NCBI GenBank assembly: GCA_030867685.1
Contig: JAQOWU010000008.1
Location: 1,798,001 to 1,862,000, forward strand
Source of the DNA: Wickerhamiella versatilis
Lineage: Eukaryota
Direction of reading: 5' to 3'
DNA length: 64,000 nt
Shown here: positions 9,433 through 20,743 of the stretch, in pieces
Layout of the letters: the number at the start of each line of letters is the position of its first letter
Numbering within the stretch: the first letter of the stretch is position 1
Notes under the pieces: generated by a model
Told to the model about the DNA's origin: nothing
Seen by the model: the letters and a program-made list of their open reading frames with translations, nothing else
Databases searched by the model: none
Program-made: the position numbers and the translations under genes

Positions 9433-10827
9433 TCAAAGTGGTTGCCCTGAGTACTCACGCTTGACCCATTTCAGAAATTCCGGCTCCAAGTTTAGCACAG
9501 ATTCCCTCTCAATTGGCTCCTTTCCCAGTATATTTCTTTCGTATTCCCGTCTATCTGCTTCCTTAGCAGTCTCTGAATATCTTACTGGTAAAGGAAACGA
9601 TCTATCAGGAAGCAAAAATTTCCCATAATTAGACCGACGTATAATGCAATTGTTGAGTTGATCAAACTTCATTCCTCCAATTCTTCTTTGAAGAATCAAG
9701 CGCTTTACCAGTACTTCAACCTTAGGTGAAGCAATTCCAAGATTTGTTGACACACTTTCGATACAAATTCGACGAAAGGGTTTTAAAAATGTAGCAAGTG
9801 CAAGCGTTTCATAGCTATTGTAGACCAATGGCAGTAGTGCCTGTATTTCATTATCTCCAATAAAATCCCTTCTTGTTCTCTCACAGCAGTTGAAAAATTC
9901 AGAGGGAGATCTTTTTTCTTGAACGCACTTTACTATCTCTCTAAAGGAGTTCAGACTGGGATCTGCTTCATAAACTTTGGTCTCTGGCAAGTCAAAAGGG
10001 CTCAAACCAGTTTCTGTGAGCAAAGATGCCAACGTATATAATCTTAGTACACGAATTCGGTCAGTGCTCATCCCAGCCTCATCATAACTTTTGAAAGACT
10101 TGAGTAAAGTAGTACAGCCTTGCTCCCATTGCGACTTGTGCAAAGCTATAAGCCCGCCAAATTCTCTAATAGTACCAAGTACACGTGGATGTATCATTTG
10201 CACTTGGATAGCGGACGCTCGATTATACCAGGTTTCAACAGCAGAATGGTCTGAAGCATGAAGTTTCATTTGAAGGGCCAAGTATTCCAAGTAGAGTGCA
10301 GGATGCCAATCTTTCTCCGGTTCATTCGGTAAATTCAATATTCCTAATGCCTTTATCGCACCAGTAAAATCGTTTCTATCAATGCAATGCCGAGCAAATA
10401 TCAATGCAGCACGTAAAGCTAAACGAGGTGTATTAGTACTTGACTCCAAAGCCTCTAATGCTTGTTTTGTTACTGATTCAACATCTTCTTGACATTCATC
10501 TCTTTCTATTCTTCGCATAACGTTCGAGAAGCTTTGATCCCGATATGCTTCAGAAATTCCTGTAACATTAGTGATAACGGACATAAATTTGGCAAAGGAA
10601 GACAAAATATTTGTGCGTCTTAATTTAAGGAGCTGCTTTGCCGCTCGTAAAGACCACTCAGATTGTGGCTGCTCGTCAATCAATGCAGTAAATTCAGCTT
10701 GAGAACGCAATGGCTCATCTTCCTTCAAAGACTTTGCACCGTAATATCTGTTTTCGGGATTGTTTTCATCCTCGTCAATTGACATTTCATCATCATACTC
10801 GAAGTCGAAATCATCTTCCTCGGACAT
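9433..10827 (-). CDS. CSN2: COP9 signalosome subunit 2 (PCI domain)
   Basis: Acidic N-terminus, ENRYYGAKSLKED, IHPRVLGTIREFGG, SFKSYDEAG, PFDLPETKVY. Confidence 0.85.
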   Translation of the reverse strand: MSEEDDFDFEYDDEMSIDEDENNPENRYYGAKSLKEDEPLRSQAEFTALIDEQPQSEWSLRAAKQLLKLRRTNILSSFAKFMSVITNVTGISEAYRDQSFSNVMRRIERDECQEDVESVTKQALEALESSTNTPRLALRAALIFARHCIDRNDFTGAIKALGILNLPNEPEKDWHPALYLEYLALQMKLHASDHSAVETWYNRASAIQVQMIHPRVLGTIREFGGLIALHKSQWEQGCTTLLKSFKSYDEAGMSTDRIRVLRLYTLASLLTETGLSPFDLPETKVYEADPSLNSFREIVKCVQEKRSPSEFFNCCERTRRDFIGDNEIQALLPLVYNSYETLALATFLKPFRRICIESVSTNLGIASPKVEVLVKRLILQRRIGGMKFDQLNNCIIRRSNYGKFLLPDRSFPLPVRYSETAKEADRREYERNILGKEPIERESVLNLEPEFLKWVKREYSGQPL

Positions 10828-10951
10828 GTGACTCGCAGAATGAATTATTAATCGATTAATCTACGATAGAAACTTAGTGCACACAAGAGTTTTCGTAGCG
10901 AACTAGACTGTCAATTTATTAAAAAGTCATTATATCTGAATTTATAATAAT

Positions 10952-13900
10952 TTATGAACCCCGGATATTCCTGAAAAAACTCGAAGTCCGCTTCTCATCA
11001 TCAGGTTCTTTATGGTCACTGGAGGAGGTGTCCTTTTGTCTGTGACGAGGGACTAATAGTCCTTCTTGATCTTCGACCGTTGTAGCATGATGTATAGGAC
11101 GAGGCTCTGGCTTATGCCGTATGAATTTGTTACCCAATATCGAACCGGATCGACCCAGCAGAATTTTAATGACTTCCCGTTTCACATGCAATATCAAGTC
11201 AAGACGAGTCCACATCTTATTAGTCCACACAATTTCATGTAGTGGTATTTCTATATCTTGGAGATCCATAAGATTATGAGAAGAACGGCCCTTGTACGAG
11301 AGGTATAACTCAGAAGCGAAAATCCGGATGGACACTATATTCATGCAGTTAGAGGCACGATTCACCATCTCACCAACATGATCACTTTTACGTATCCCTT
11401 TCCAAATCCTGGGGAACTCATGTACATTTTTTGGCCAAATGCTTCGATCCTTTTCGGTTTTCGAGCTTTTCGATGTGCTCTCACTATCAATAGATGAGTC
11501 TGATAGAGAATTAACATCTTTGTACACATCTGTTGTAGTTCTGGTAACAGTGAGATCATCTTTTGCATTTTTTATGGGAAATGCGAAATCCATCAGTTTG
11601 TCTACGATCCGACGTTCTAGTTGAAGATGAATAGGTTGTAATTGAATCTGCACATCATCCACTATTGGAATCCCGCCTACGGGGTCCATGTTTGTCCATT
11701 GAACTCGGACTAAACAATTGCCTGTATTAGAAGACTTCTTATAACGCTCAAGCATATCGGGATAGACAGCATTAGGCAGCATATTTTGCGCATACATGTC
11801 AGGTATAAGAGCACGATTAACACTGTATTCGTCACCAATTTTAATTTGTGAAAATTGTGAGCCTGATAATTGCAAGCGCAAAAAGGGTGACCCCTTGTCG
11901 TTTAGCGCATACAGATAAAGCTTCTTAACCAAAACACTTAGGAACCTCATAGTCGTTGTCTGCTTCTTATCCAAACTCGAGCGTAACCCGGCACGGAATG
12001 CCCTGATCAGAAGCATTAGACGTAGAGTCCCACGACGGTATTCGCGCTCTAGTCTTAAAAGAGTTGGATGACAGTTGGCTGGGCCACCAATAGTTTCTTT
12101 GGTGCGACTATACATGACAAACTTTTCCTGAAGAAACTTGGTAGTGCGCAAATCTGACTGCAACTTCTTGATATGTTCCAAACTTGAATCAAACCCACTG
12201 TTGTAATCTGTAGTCAAAATTATTCTCTCTAGAGCTTTCTCGAGGTCTTCAACCACTGGATCTTTGTAAACCAATAAATCCATTGCAATAGTATACACAG
12301 TAAAGAATTGAACACTGTCAGATGTGAATTCGAGCTCTGGAGCTTCAATTTCTACCCGAGTGAGTCTGGAGTCTGACGGAATTTCGTATGATTGCATCAC
12401 ATGTAAAGAATTTGGGATCACACATCGCAAACCAAGTCGAGTTTGCCGCATTATTTCAAAATTGGCCATCATTTCACTGTGATAGCAGATTTCTATAACG
12501 AGCCATGGAGGCCACATATTCTCAATTTCAGATTTATCCAAGCCATATGGCTCGAGACAAAGTGAAGCTACCCCAGTGTCATTGATATCGTCACGAGAGA
12601 GGGAAATTACGGAAGTATCACGCATGTTTACACCATACCGCTTTTCAATTTCAGCACTAGCGTCCTCAGTCGGATACAAGCTAGCTGAACTTGCAGAGAC
12701 AATTCTGAGTTCGATATCGCGCGATGATACCAAGACACAATGATCTTCGTTTTTCTCAGACACTAATTGTATACGTGGGGTGATAAATTGTACCGAAACT
12801 GATTTCTCAATAAACTCATCGGTATGACGAGACCTTTCCAAGTCCTTAAATATCTCGTCTAAATTACAATGAGTTTCCTTGATGTCGAGCAAATTTTCCA
12901 AACTTTCATTACTGCTCGATTCACCATCTGATAATGTTTGGTTATCCACTGAACTTTTAGCCGCACGTTTTACAAGAGAATCAAGGTAACTTATGACCGT
13001 CTGGCTCAGGTCATGTCGCAGTTCTTTTGCTGCTTCAATGGATAGTCGCAATCTATACAACAGGTCTCTGATCTGGTTATTCCATTTTAAACTGACTGCA
13101 TGAACGATGACCCTGTTAACATAATGGCTATCATCTTCTGTGACAGATTCTGGAGAATCCGTGAAATCTTCGAGACCTACTCTCTCTCGAGATAGTCGCC
13201 TTGCAGTGTCAAGCGTATCTACATCATCACGAGTGGAAACATATTCAATGGGGCCAAAGGGCTCTGATTCCAAGCGTTCGCACTCGAAACCTTTCTGGAA
13301 AAGTTCAGATCCACCTAAAACTTTTTTATCTATCTCCTGGGCATGTTCCTTATGCTCCACGCATTTTTGATGATCTTTCTCAAACATTTCGTGACATTTC
13401 AGTATTTCTCTGCTCAAAACATCGTATGAAGACTCTCCAATTGTGATAAGTTCGCTTAACTTCGTCTTATGCTGGGTTACCGCCGGAGTCTGAGGGGAAA
13501 TTTGTAAAGAATCCAAAGACATACGCAAATCTGTGAGACGGTCAGCCAGTTCGCTCTGGCGCGTAGCAAGTAAATGTGCTTGTATGTTTTCAGGGTGATG
13601 TGACGAAAGAAAGCAATCATGCAATACCTCATCAAATTTCAGATACGTTTGATTAGCAGGATCTGTTGCAGTAATACGATCGCTGAGATCGCTTTTGCGG
13701 AAATATGACATCCGTGGCGCATACATTAGAGGATGCACCCTTACTGAGGGCTTCTTTTCTTCATCGTCGTGAGACTCCCCAAGCTCAATGTAATCATCTT
13801 CATCAATCCATTCATCTACATTGGTATGACGCGGTGCATAAGAAGCTGAATCAACGTCCTCTTCTCCGTAAGTCTTTTGTCTTGAGGATGTTTGCCATGA

Positions 13901-16900
13901 ACTTTCATATCCACTATCTGCATCGCTCAAAGTACTACCACTCTGTGTGGCTCTCAAATTTCTAAGTTGTGCATTCAACGGCTGAACATTCTTTTTTACG
14001 TCCACAACTCGAAGATCAACATTTTGAACGTCAATTTCACCAAGATGTAGATGCATCTTCCATCGTCCACTAGTTGCTGAGGGTTCACGCCTCTGGTGCA
14101 AATCAAAAATAAATTTGTCTACTCTCATCTTAAGGCCTGTGTGGCGATCATGCCCAGATCCTGTATTGTGCAAGCCACGGAAGAAAGCTATACTCAATGG
14201 GGAAAGTCTCATTTGATACTGAACGCCCTTAAGTGCATAGCCAAAAGAGATATGGTTTGCAGCACGGACACTAGGATATAGTGATCCACTTCGTAGAGGA
14301 GGGTCTGATCCTCCAAATTGTGACTTCCATGCGTTGAAGTGAGAAAACGCGGAAGGCGACAGATGTGCACTATTTTTTCCTGTGTTTCTGAGTGAACTGA
14401 CGCTAATAGCCAAGAAGAGAACATCAGTGCGAAATCCGTGATAAGCATCATAAGTTTTGATATCCTTGACAAATTCCGGCATGTTAAGTCGAACCTTCCA
14501 ATGCGGACGAGTGATGGTAGATCTCTGCAATTTTGAACGCGTTTGTTCACATATAACACCGAGCTTCCATTGAATATTGTCTCCAAAACGAAATATAGTT
14601 TTCTCAGGTTTGTTCATCGCAACATAATCAGTTTTAAAGGTTTTGGCACGACTAGATGGCGACCGATGAAGATAATCGTTCTCCCATTTCATGAAATCTG
14701 GAACCACCGTCTCAAACTTCTCACTATCGACAACAAATAAATCCTTTGCCAAATCATTTTGATTTATAGCAACGTTAACATTATTGCGCCATACAAATGC
14801 AAACCCTGCATTGGCCCTTAATAAATGATGTGGATTCTTGCCACCTTTCAACATCAAGAAAAGTGGAGACTTCGGCAGTGAAAAGTTAAGTCGAGCATGG
14901 AAAACAAGCCTAATCTTATCCCAAAACCCGAGACCCGGACTTCTGTCTATAGGAGGTTTGGTAAAGCTTGAAAATCCTAGGCCAACACTATGAAAAGCTG
15001 CCCTATAGCTGGAACACCACGTTACTCGTGTGGGATTCTCCGAGTCCACCTTGACTTCTAATTGAGTATAAGTTTTCATAGGCGCCAATGTGCGATGTAC
15101 CTCAAGGACATCCACAGAAGATTTGTGTCTTAATTCTGGAGCTAAAAGTTTCAGAGGCACGAAGAGTCTGCGAATATTAGAAGGGTGCCTTACCAATTGC
15201 TCAGTTATCATCAATTCGCCCTTAAGTTGGAACGCTACGTTTGTGTTTGGATCTTGACTCTTTGAAAGCTCAGGAAAATGAAGAACTGGAAGTGGATAAT
15301 CTATAAGATCTACTCTCACGCCTCCTTTTGCCCGTAAGTCAAGATGCATTGGTATCCATATACTGAAACTTATGTCCTTTGGTAGTCCCTTACCAATATT
15401 ATACAACCACTCATGAGCATCTGCTGTATCAATGCGATCGGAACGTCTGACAAGTAGGTCGAGATCACGAAACTGCGCAGCTAAAAGTAGTGGTTTGCTT
15501 GAATAGTCCATAATTGTTTCCTTCTCACAAGTAAGCGTACTTAATGGCTCTTCTGGGAATTTTTGAGATACTTCTTGAGATTGCTCTTCCTTGGCTCCAT
15601 CGATTGAATATTTCCAATAGCGACTGAAATGTTGGAGAAGCCTCTCCCTCATTTCAACAATTGGTGTCGCATCATCATTTTCAGTAGGAGTTTCATCATT
15701 TGCAATCTTCAAACTATCTCTAAGCTTTGAATACCTCTGAGAAGACCAAAACCTCACCCAAGGGTGGTTTTCTTGAACATTCTCATCAGGAGAAGTGGTT
15801 AACTCCATAGGCAATTCCATCAATTTCTGCATGAATTCCAAAGACGAATCCTTCTCCTGCGAGCCAAGATTAGCATGCCATTTCTTGGACGAGGATTTAC
15901 GCTGTGCTACATCACGCACTGCCGAAGCCGCAATCGTAACGGCCTGTTTTACTCGTGTAGTCTCACTTGATGTACGATTACGGCGGTTTGGTGACTGCTC
16001 ACGCTCGCGCTCACGCTCACGACCGTAATTCAACATAGAGTCAATTTCATGTTTAAGTAACTCTTTTACCTTTCGCTCGAATAGTTTAAGCTTGTAGTCC
16101 ATGTTGCGGGACGCAATTTCCATGGTCTCCAAAACTAGTTTCAGTTCAGCTTCGAAAAAGTCATTCTCCAAAGAAAGAAGCAGGAGCTTAGTTTTGATGT
16201 GTACCTGAGGGAACACGGGTAATTTAGGGATCGGGCTTGGTTCAAGAATGTAGTCCCATTTGCCCATCTGCGTTTGACAAATGAGAGTTCTTGCAGCTTT
16301 AGCCAGTGTAATTCCATGGTCAAAGATTCTATAAATCTTGAAGTTGAAAGGTATGTTGATTCGTATAGATCCGACTTCCAAGGCTGCTCGATCCTGGCCT
16401 GGCTCCAGTCCAAAATGTACAATGAGCGAAGGTCGGGAAAGAGAAAGTACCAAAACCCAGGCTGAACGGTCATAAGGACTTTGAGAATACATGCGACACG
16501 AACGAGCTGATATTGCTGGACTCTGGTCTAGTCCTCGGGATATAGTACAATCACAAAACTCTAGCATCACTTGGTCATAAGAGGGTAGATCAACTTTGAG
16601 CCTCATATTTTTTAGGCTAGCCTCTTCGAGAACGTAAGACTCACCAAGGTCATTATTTGTTTCTGTCTTGTTTTGCATTGTCTCAGTCGAATGCTTAGTT
16701 GGTTGAGGACGCAGATCACGAGCTAATGCCAGATTCAAAACCTCCTTTATTACCATTGCGGCTAGTAGAAGACTGATATTAAAATTAGCCGCCATTTCAG
16801 GAACTTCTAACCCTATCTTTGTGACAGGTCTATCCTGAACCTCTGTTGTCTTCATGCGAATCTTCCAACTTGGACAGTTGAGAATTTCTGCCATTGACTC

Positions 16901-19030
16901 AACAGTAGGGTCATTATGTTCTTCAACAAGAAGGTTATTAAACTTCATGATAAGAGAGTCTGTTGCCTTCAAAGTGAGAATGGCCTCAGAATGACTATTA
17001 GAGAGCTTAACATCAAATTTGTGAAGCATAAGCTTGATTCCCAGCATGTCACGATTTCGAGACCTGAATTGATCGCTTGCCATGACGAAGCAAGTATCAG
17101 TAGCAGAGAAACTTGCAGCAGTGATCCATCTAGGTAGCTTTCGCAAAGCACCTACGCTTCGGACAGATTCCTTCGAGAAGTCCCTGCCTTCTTCAACGTT
17201 GATTGGACGAAGGAATAGCCCAAGTTCACGAAGCACACAAAAGATTTCGTGTTGGATTAAGGTCAACCGGAACCGTCCAACTGTGCTATTAAATGTCACA
17301 CTCAATTCGGGATGCGTTGTCGCAGCGACTTTTACCCCTATTTCGGAGCTCTTGATAATATCTACACGCTCTATTACCTCAGAACGGTACCAGAGTAAGA
17401 AATCAGTGAACTCTAAAGACCCATCTATGCTGTAAGCACCTTCCGCGTGTGTCGACAGCAATAACACTTGCATATGCGAACACGAAGCGATAAACATTGT
17501 ATCCTTCCTGATTTTCTCACTGCCCAAGACTAATCTGGCCGCAACATCGGTTATTATAATCGAAGTACGTGTCCGAGGTAGAAATTGGAGTGGAAGCGTC
17601 CACTTTGAAGATCTCGCAGGTCGTTTAGATGTCGAATGTCCTTTTTCACTCCCCAAAAATTCTATAATTTTCTGTAAAAACATTAATTGATGCATCTCCA
17701 CATTAAAAGTTGGGTTGTGAATTGCTATCTGTGTCTGAATTGTACCTTCATTCTTTCTTGTTGTATCCTGAACAAAAAGTAAGGTTTTGCTGAATATATC
17801 TCCTCGTGTTAATGCAGTAATTAAAGGGATATAAAGCAACTCTTCTTGATACTCACCATAATCAGCCCCAAAGTTGATTGAAGTTCCCGTCAAAATAGCT
17901 TGATGAGCTACATCAGTATCAGAATACGAGAGTTTAAATCCTGGACTTTGAGGGTTCATACGACTAAGATCCAATTTTAAATCTTTCATGCTCAAAGCCA
18001 GTTTAGCAGGGCCAACAGGAATTCCCAGAACTTCTGCAGAGTTGACCTTTATTTCGACTCGATAAACAAGGGATAGAATAAGATAACCCATGGTAGCAAA
18101 ATCTTCAGGATTTTGTTCAACTGGATCACTCTCCTCCTCAGAGGACTGGTCGAGAGAGCTGCCAAACTGTTCTATTAATGCCTGAAGACGACCAAGTGGT
18201 ACTGAGACCCGCCCAAAACCTATTTCAAACGCAATGTCTTTTATCAGAAAATCACCCATACTCAAAACCCCCGCAAAATTAGTAGTAAATTGTTTCAAAA
18301 TCTGTGTCGGATTTTCGTCTTCAAGTCCGTCAGCGAGATAAAGGTCAGCTAACTGAAGATTTGCATTAAACCTCATTTCATCTTTAGCGAGCTTATGGGT
18401 ATCCAAAGTACCAACAAATGTCGCATTCAGCAAATTCCGAGCATTCCGAGCATCCAGCAATATTGAAGACCCTGTGCAAACGAATATAGCACGCTCAAGG
18501 TGTACACTGACGCTATTAAAAGCTATATCGAAAACTCCAAGACGAGGAAGTATCCATTTTACCGCTGTTCGCACAAACCTGTTGTGTGTTGGAATAAAAG
18601 GGAGACCACATTTTCGTACATTCTCCACCCACTCTGGATCATCCATATAGCCTTTAATTCCTTTTGTACCCTCTTTTCCCTTGTCCTTCTTCATGATTGT
18701 CTTAATAGCTTCTGTACTGAGCTGATATTCTACGTTGTCCAAGTGGAAGGAAACCCAGCCCGGACTTGCGACGGTTGGTCGATGAACACGTATTCCCATA
18801 GTTTCAATTCTGATTTCCACACCTTGTCTAGGTGTGAGGGAAATATTCTTTAAGCTAAAATATCCCAGGCGTTTGATAGAAATCCCAGTAAACAACCGAA
18901 GCAACGCAAAACCGATAAGAGAAAGCAACCACAGAATTGCGAAAATGGAAAACATTCTTGACACCACAATTACCTGTAACCTCCCATATTCACTAAATAA
19001 AGGTCTTGAGGCGCCACTGACGCTATCCAT
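10952..19030 (-). CDS. FMP27: Bridge-like lipid transfer protein Fmp27/Hob (BLTP2/Hobbit family)
   Basis: 2692 aa; N-terminal TM; SPGLGFWDKIR motif; C-terminal Apt1-like region (PVGGIP, LSYKG, NKMWTRLDL). Confidence 0.9.
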   Translation of the reverse strand: MDSVSGASRPLFSEYGRLQVIVVSRMFSIFAILWLLSLIGFALLRLFTGISIKRLGYFSLKNISLTPRQGVEIRIETMGIRVHRPTVASPGWVSFHLDNVEYQLSTEAIKTIMKKDKGKEGTKGIKGYMDDPEWVENVRKCGLPFIPTHNRFVRTAVKWILPRLGVFDIAFNSVSVHLERAIFVCTGSSILLDARNARNLLNATFVGTLDTHKLAKDEMRFNANLQLADLYLADGLEDENPTQILKQFTTNFAGVLSMGDFLIKDIAFEIGFGRVSVPLGRLQALIEQFGSSLDQSSEEESDPVEQNPEDFATMGYLILSLVYRVEIKVNSAEVLGIPVGPAKLALSMKDLKLDLSRMNPQSPGFKLSYSDTDVAHQAILTGTSINFGADYGEYQEELLYIPLITALTRGDIFSKTLLFVQDTTRKNEGTIQTQIAIHNPTFNVEMHQLMFLQKIIEFLGSEKGHSTSKRPARSSKWTLPLQFLPRTRTSIIITDVAARLVLGSEKIRKDTMFIASCSHMQVLLLSTHAEGAYSIDGSLEFTDFLLWYRSEVIERVDIIKSSEIGVKVAATTHPELSVTFNSTVGRFRLTLIQHEIFCVLRELGLFLRPINVEEGRDFSKESVRSVGALRKLPRWITAASFSATDTCFVMASDQFRSRNRDMLGIKLMLHKFDVKLSNSHSEAILTLKATDSLIMKFNNLLVEEHNDPTVESMAEILNCPSWKIRMKTTEVQDRPVTKIGLEVPEMAANFNISLLLAAMVIKEVLNLALARDLRPQPTKHSTETMQNKTETNNDLGESYVLEEASLKNMRLKVDLPSYDQVMLEFCDCTISRGLDQSPAISARSCRMYSQSPYDRSAWVLVLSLSRPSLIVHFGLEPGQDRAALEVGSIRINIPFNFKIYRIFDHGITLAKAARTLICQTQMGKWDYILEPSPIPKLPVFPQVHIKTKLLLLSLENDFFEAELKLVLETMEIASRNMDYKLKLFERKVKELLKHEIDSMLNYGREREREREQSPNRRNRTSSETTRVKQAVTIAASAVRDVAQRKSSSKKWHANLGSQEKDSSLEFMQKLMELPMELTTSPDENVQENHPWVRFWSSQRYSKLRDSLKIANDETPTENDDATPIVEMRERLLQHFSRYWKYSIDGAKEEQSQEVSQKFPEEPLSTLTCEKETIMDYSSKPLLLAAQFRDLDLLVRRSDRIDTADAHEWLYNIGKGLPKDISFSIWIPMHLDLRAKGGVRVDLIDYPLPVLHFPELSKSQDPNTNVAFQLKGELMITEQLVRHPSNIRRLFVPLKLLAPELRHKSSVDVLEVHRTLAPMKTYTQLEVKVDSENPTRVTWCSSYRAAFHSVGLGFSSFTKPPIDRSPGLGFWDKIRLVFHARLNFSLPKSPLFLMLKGGKNPHHLLRANAGFAFVWRNNVNVAINQNDLAKDLFVVDSEKFETVVPDFMKWENDYLHRSPSSRAKTFKTDYVAMNKPEKTIFRFGDNIQWKLGVICEQTRSKLQRSTITRPHWKVRLNMPEFVKDIKTYDAYHGFRTDVLFLAISVSSLRNTGKNSAHLSPSAFSHFNAWKSQFGGSDPPLRSGSLYPSVRAANHISFGYALKGVQYQMRLSPLSIAFFRGLHNTGSGHDRHTGLKMRVDKFIFDLHQRREPSATSGRWKMHLHLGEIDVQNVDLRVVDVKKNVQPLNAQLRNLRATQSGSTLSDADSGYESSWQTSSRQKTYGEEDVDSASYAPRHTNVDEWIDEDDYIELGESHDDEEKKPSVRVHPLMYAPRMSYFRKSDLSDRITATDPANQTYLKFDEVLHDCFLSSHHPENIQAHLLATRQSELADRLTDLRMSLDSLQISPQTPAVTQHKTKLSELITIGESSYDVLSREILKCHEMFEKDHQKCVEHKEHAQEIDKKVLGGSELFQKGFECERLESEPFGPIEYVSTRDDVDTLDTARRLSRERVGLEDFTDSPESVTEDDSHYVNRVIVHAVSLKWNNQIRDLLYRLRLSIEAAKELRHDLSQTVISYLDSLVKRAAKSSVDNQTLSDGESSSNESLENLLDIKETHCNLDEIFKDLERSRHTDEFIEKSVSVQFITPRIQLVSEKNEDHCVLVSSRDIELRIVSASSASLYPTEDASAEIEKRYGVNMRDTSVISLSRDDINDTGVASLCLEPYGLDKSEIENMWPPWLVIEICYHSEMMANFEIMRQTRLGLRCVIPNSLHVMQSYEIPSDSRLTRVEIEAPELEFTSDSVQFFTVYTIAMDLLVYKDPVVEDLEKALERIILTTDYNSGFDSSLEHIKKLQSDLRTTKFLQEKFVMYSRTKETIGGPANCHPTLLRLEREYRRGTLRLMLLIRAFRAGLRSSLDKKQTTTMRFLSVLVKKLYLYALNDKGSPFLRLQLSGSQFSQIKIGDEYSVNRALIPDMYAQNMLPNAVYPDMLERYKKSSNTGNCLVRVQWTNMDPVGGIPIVDDVQIQLQPIHLQLERRIVDKLMDFAFPIKNAKDDLTVTRTTTDVYKDVNSLSDSSIDSESTSKSSKTEKDRSIWPKNVHEFPRIWKGIRKSDHVGEMVNRASNCMNIVSIRIFASELYLSYKGRSSHNLMDLQDIEIPLHEIVWTNKMWTRLDLILHVKREVIKILLGRSGSILGNKFIRHKPEPRPIHHATTVEDQEGLLVPRHRQKDTSSSDHKEPDDEKRTSSFFRNIRGS

Positions 19031-19360
19031 TGTTCCTGATTCCGCACCCCAGTTGTTGCTGCAAAATCGGCTTACGGAAGACGGAGCGGAGCTAACGACA
19101 CCGGTGCATATATGTAAGCCTAGTTAGTTTTAGCTTAATGGAGCATTGGAAACTGCAGAAGAGCCCGCTCACGTGGGCATTCAGTCACAAAACTCGGTAA
19201 TCTTATCTGGAAATGTCTCTAGAAGACATTATCAGCTTTACGTTAAAATATAATTGAGGGAAGCAATCTACTGACGTCTGAAGAAGGAATTGGCTTTTTT
19301 AGCTTTTGTGGCTGTCTTAATGCATTGCAATCCTCAACTTATAGGTGGCAGTCCGATAAC

Positions 19361-20233
19361 TCATAGGACCTTCATTAATTGTTCGTAAACAGTGAAAACA
19401 ATCCCACCAGACAAAATAAGTCTACCTAGTCGAGCCGTCGAACCTCTCCAAAATGCTCGGGTCCCTTCCTTCTGGAAAATTTTTACGAAACAATCACCGA
19501 GATTCTTGTAAGTTTTCCTCGCATCCACACTTTGCATACGTGTTTTAACAGTATCGATGGGCATTGTGGCATATACAGTTATGACACCTACGAGGGCACC
19601 CACAGCAAATGTGCCAAGAGCTCCAAGCGGTTCGTTGGGATTAGATTTATTACTTTCGACGACGCCTTTGATTTTACTGTATGACCCTAATCGAACAGTT
19701 TGATTAGCAGCCTGACGCATGGTTACAGGAACAATGCCTCTGTAGAAAATACTAAAGCCTTTGTCCTTTACCATCAAAGAGAGACCACGAATGAAACCCT
19801 GATTGTACCTGGGAACCGGACTCTGGCGGTCATCAATAAAAGCCGTCTTAATACTTTCACCCGGTGTCGTTGCTACAATACTTTCAAGTACACCCGCACC
19901 AAGGCCAGCTAGTGCCCCTCGAGGTCCACTAAGCTGACCTCGTTCATCACGCAAAGCATTACGAATAGCATCGAATCCAAGAAAGCGAACACCGGCTTTG
20001 GTGATATTTCCGATCAAGAAAGGATAAATGCCAGCATATATAGCACCCACACCATCCGTGCGAGCAGTTCGGGCTATTAATGTCAAAGGATTTCGACTTG
20101 CATTAGCAGTCTTGTTTACTAGCTGTAGTCTTGTCTTCGCAAACTCAAATGGATAAGTTATAAATCCCTCAGTTCCTCCTGCTATAGCACCAGCAACGAA
20201 ACTCCTCCAACTCTTGTTCTGCCCGTTCGCCAT
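19361..20233 (-). CDS. CTP1: Mitochondrial citrate carrier
   Basis: PFEFAKTRLQL, KAGVRFLGFD, RQAANQ, RLGRLILSGGIVF. Confidence 0.93.
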   Translation of the reverse strand: MANGQNKSWRSFVAGAIAGGTEGFITYPFEFAKTRLQLVNKTANASRNPLTLIARTARTDGVGAIYAGIYPFLIGNITKAGVRFLGFDAIRNALRDERGQLSGPRGALAGLGAGVLESIVATTPGESIKTAFIDDRQSPVPRYNQGFIRGLSLMVKDKGFSIFYRGIVPVTMRQAANQTVRLGSYSKIKGVVESNKSNPNEPLGALGTFAVGALVGVITVYATMPIDTVKTRMQSVDARKTYKNLGDCFVKIFQKEGTRAFWRGSTARLGRLILSGGIVFTVYEQLMKVL

Positions 20234-20743
20234 ATCTCAGTCAGCACAATATACTCAATGATAGCTGATTCTTGTAGAAACGTAAATAAGAAAATTTACG
20301 CGGCTCTGCCCAGCGAAGAGAAACAAAAGCTCAAAGGATATTGCGACAAAGCAAAATAACCTCTGTTGTTAAAGCGGTTTTAGACCCAAAACGCGCCTTT
20401 CCTTGTTCGTTCGTTACCCCGGACAACGCATCAGAGTAAAGAAAAATGTGGCTTTTGCTCTCTAGAAGTATAAACCTTCTGAGCTCAAAAAATTTGCAAA
20501 ACTGCTCAAAAAATTCTATTATATGTATTGATATAATAAAATTTTAATATTTTTTTCTTCTTGATGATATCCGAAAGTAACCTCTTTATGGTTTATTATG
20601 ATCTATAACTTTTTTCTCATAGTTCTATTACCCAGATTTCTTTTTTGTCCTCACAGTCCAATACAGTGCAATAAGTTGTGTAATTCCAGACCAAGGGCCC
20701 CTTCGTTCTATGACTTCACCCGCTGGATGACTCATCACTATGA